Source of the DNA: a virus
Lineage: Duplodnaviria > Heunggongvirae > Uroviricota > Caudoviricetes
Virus record (IMG/VR): IMGVR_UViG_2588253749_000002
Strand: one strand, 5' to 3'
Length of the DNA: 49,982 nucleotides
Position 1 is the stretch's first letter, and the number at the start of each line of letters is the position of its first letter. Below, piece after piece: positions 48,780 to 49,982 of this stretch. The notes under the pieces were generated by a model, which worked only from the letters and a program-made list of their open reading frames with translations, searched no databases and had not been told where the DNA came from. The position numbers and the translations under genes are program-made.

Positions 48780-49982
48780 TCAGGCCTGTACCAACGCTTC
48801 TGTTTCTGTGAGTGAAATCTGATAGCATTTTACTGCCTCAGCAAAGGCGTGCGCGGCATCTGCATTTGATACCATATATTCTTCAGTTACCCCTGTTTGA
48901 GAATGGAAAGTAATATTTCCATAAATGCAAATAGGGATTTGGTAGTTATCTTTAAAACGACGGTCTGGTGAGCCATTCTTATTCGTTTTCGCCCATGTAT
49001 AACCATCTATGCGTGAGTCACTGGGAACACCTTCTTCCTCATGGAATCTTAGATATTCTGAACTAATTTGTAATTCGCGTAAATCAATCAGAGCGAATGC
49101 TCCATCAGCTCGTGGTATGACTGCAACTCCAGGATAAAGCAAAATATCGTCTCCATTCACATTTTCAAACCTCATCGCACGCCCTGTAAATTGAATGAGA
49201 TCTGTTGAACTAAAATCAAAGGTAACTGGGTGACGATTAACAGACCGGGTTGCTAATGTTCTTTCAGCAAACTGGTCTGTAGCTTTATCTGCAGTAATAT
49301 CCCATTTTTTGACACTCGATTTTAACATATCAAATGCATGGACCATCGCTGCATATGCGCGCTGTGAAGCATCACTGCTCTCGAATGTTATGGCTATTTT
49401 TGTGCTGTCTTCCCATGAAACTAGGCGAGATATCTCAGCTTGGGTTAGGGGGAGTAGTGTCTCAAGTTCTGCGATGCGTCGTTTGTAAAACCAACGGAAT
49501 AGACTTGATTTGCGTCGAGCCAGCTCGCTTTTTTGTTTTGATTCTTCGGCAAGAGCCTCTTGAAGATCTGCTTTTATCTCTGCTCTTTGTTCTCGTGCTT
49601 TAGCAATCAAATCTCGTAAAGGTAAAAGGGAGGTACTTGTAAGGACTTCTACCGAAGCGCTGGATATTTCATTCATGCCAGCTACAGGCATATATATTTT
49701 AGCGTTCGATGGTGTGTTTTCTGGAGATGACCCAGACTCCAAATGAGGTTCTGTAGGGGCTGGATTTAATGGATTGGTAACTGAGTATCCATCATCATAG
49801 GGCAAGGTAGGTGTAGTATAAGATAAGCCTGTGCCCGGTAATCCGACAGTTGCTCTAACCCCTTTTTTACCAACATTGACAGTTGCGCCAGGCACGCCAA
49901 TGCTTGCACTTATTCCACGCTTGCCAATGTTGAGTCGAACGCCAGGAAATAGAGTAAAGGTTTGTCTGAAACGAAGAGACAT
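48780..49982 (-). CDS. Hypothetical protein with N-terminal DUF4236-like repeats
   Basis: 400-aa ORF, start codon is the last 3 nt of the window; three G-x-x-x-N-[IV]-G-K-[RK]-G repeats, Pro-rich linker, predicted coiled coil, uncharacterised C-terminal domain. Confidence 0.55.
   Translation of the reverse strand: MSLRFRQTFTLFPGVRLNIGKRGISASIGVPGATVNVGKKGVRATVGLPGTGLSYTTPTLPYDDGYSVTNPLNPAPTEPHLESGSSPENTPSNAKIYMPVAGMNEISSASVEVLTSTSLLPLRDLIAKAREQRAEIKADLQEALAEESKQKSELARRKSSLFRWFYKRRIAELETLLPLTQAEISRLVSWEDSTKIAITFESSDASQRAYAAMVHAFDMLKSSVKKWDITADKATDQFAERTLATRSVNRHPVTFDFSSTDLIQFTGRAMRFENVNGDDILLYPGVAVIPRADGAFALIDLRELQISSEYLRFHEEEGVPSDSRIDGYTWAKTNKNGSPDRRFKDNYQIPICIYGNITFHSQTGVTEEYMVSNADAAHAFAEAVKCYQISLTETEALVQA

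Overview
The window is essentially one lambdoid (lambda/DLP12-type) prophage of an enterobacterium, most likely E. coli, running from the 3' end of int at base 1 to accessory cargo beyond the tail-fibre genes. Gene order is lambda-like: int-xis, a run of small early-left ORFs, exo-bet-gam, a cI/cro immunity region with visible operator palindromes, a YdaT-like CII-position gene, O (with ori iterons) and P, ren, a low-GC emrE/ybcK cargo island, ninB/ninE/ybcO/rusA/ylcG, a Q antiterminator, an antisense nmpC porin gene, a P21-type lysis cassette (pinholin, SAR endolysin, Rz/Rz1), bor, cos, and a complete lambda-like head and tail module (Nu1 through J, lom, stf, tfa). Two insertion sequences interrupt phage genes, each with an exact target-site duplication that I verified codon by codon: IS100 (1954 bp, GATGC) and IS2 (1331 bp, GGTAT). 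The P replication gene carries a one-base frameshift. No N gene is recognisable downstream of PL. The best candidate for an undescribed system is a two-gene AT-rich cassette at the right end (47778-49982, minus strand): a DUF4236-like repeat protein followed by a DUF2971-like protein. Protein identities rest on my recognition of the translated ORFs, not on a database search. Coordinates taken from the ORF track or anchored to it (CDSs, IS ends, duplications) are reliable; small regulatory sites I indexed by hand may be off by 1-2 nt.
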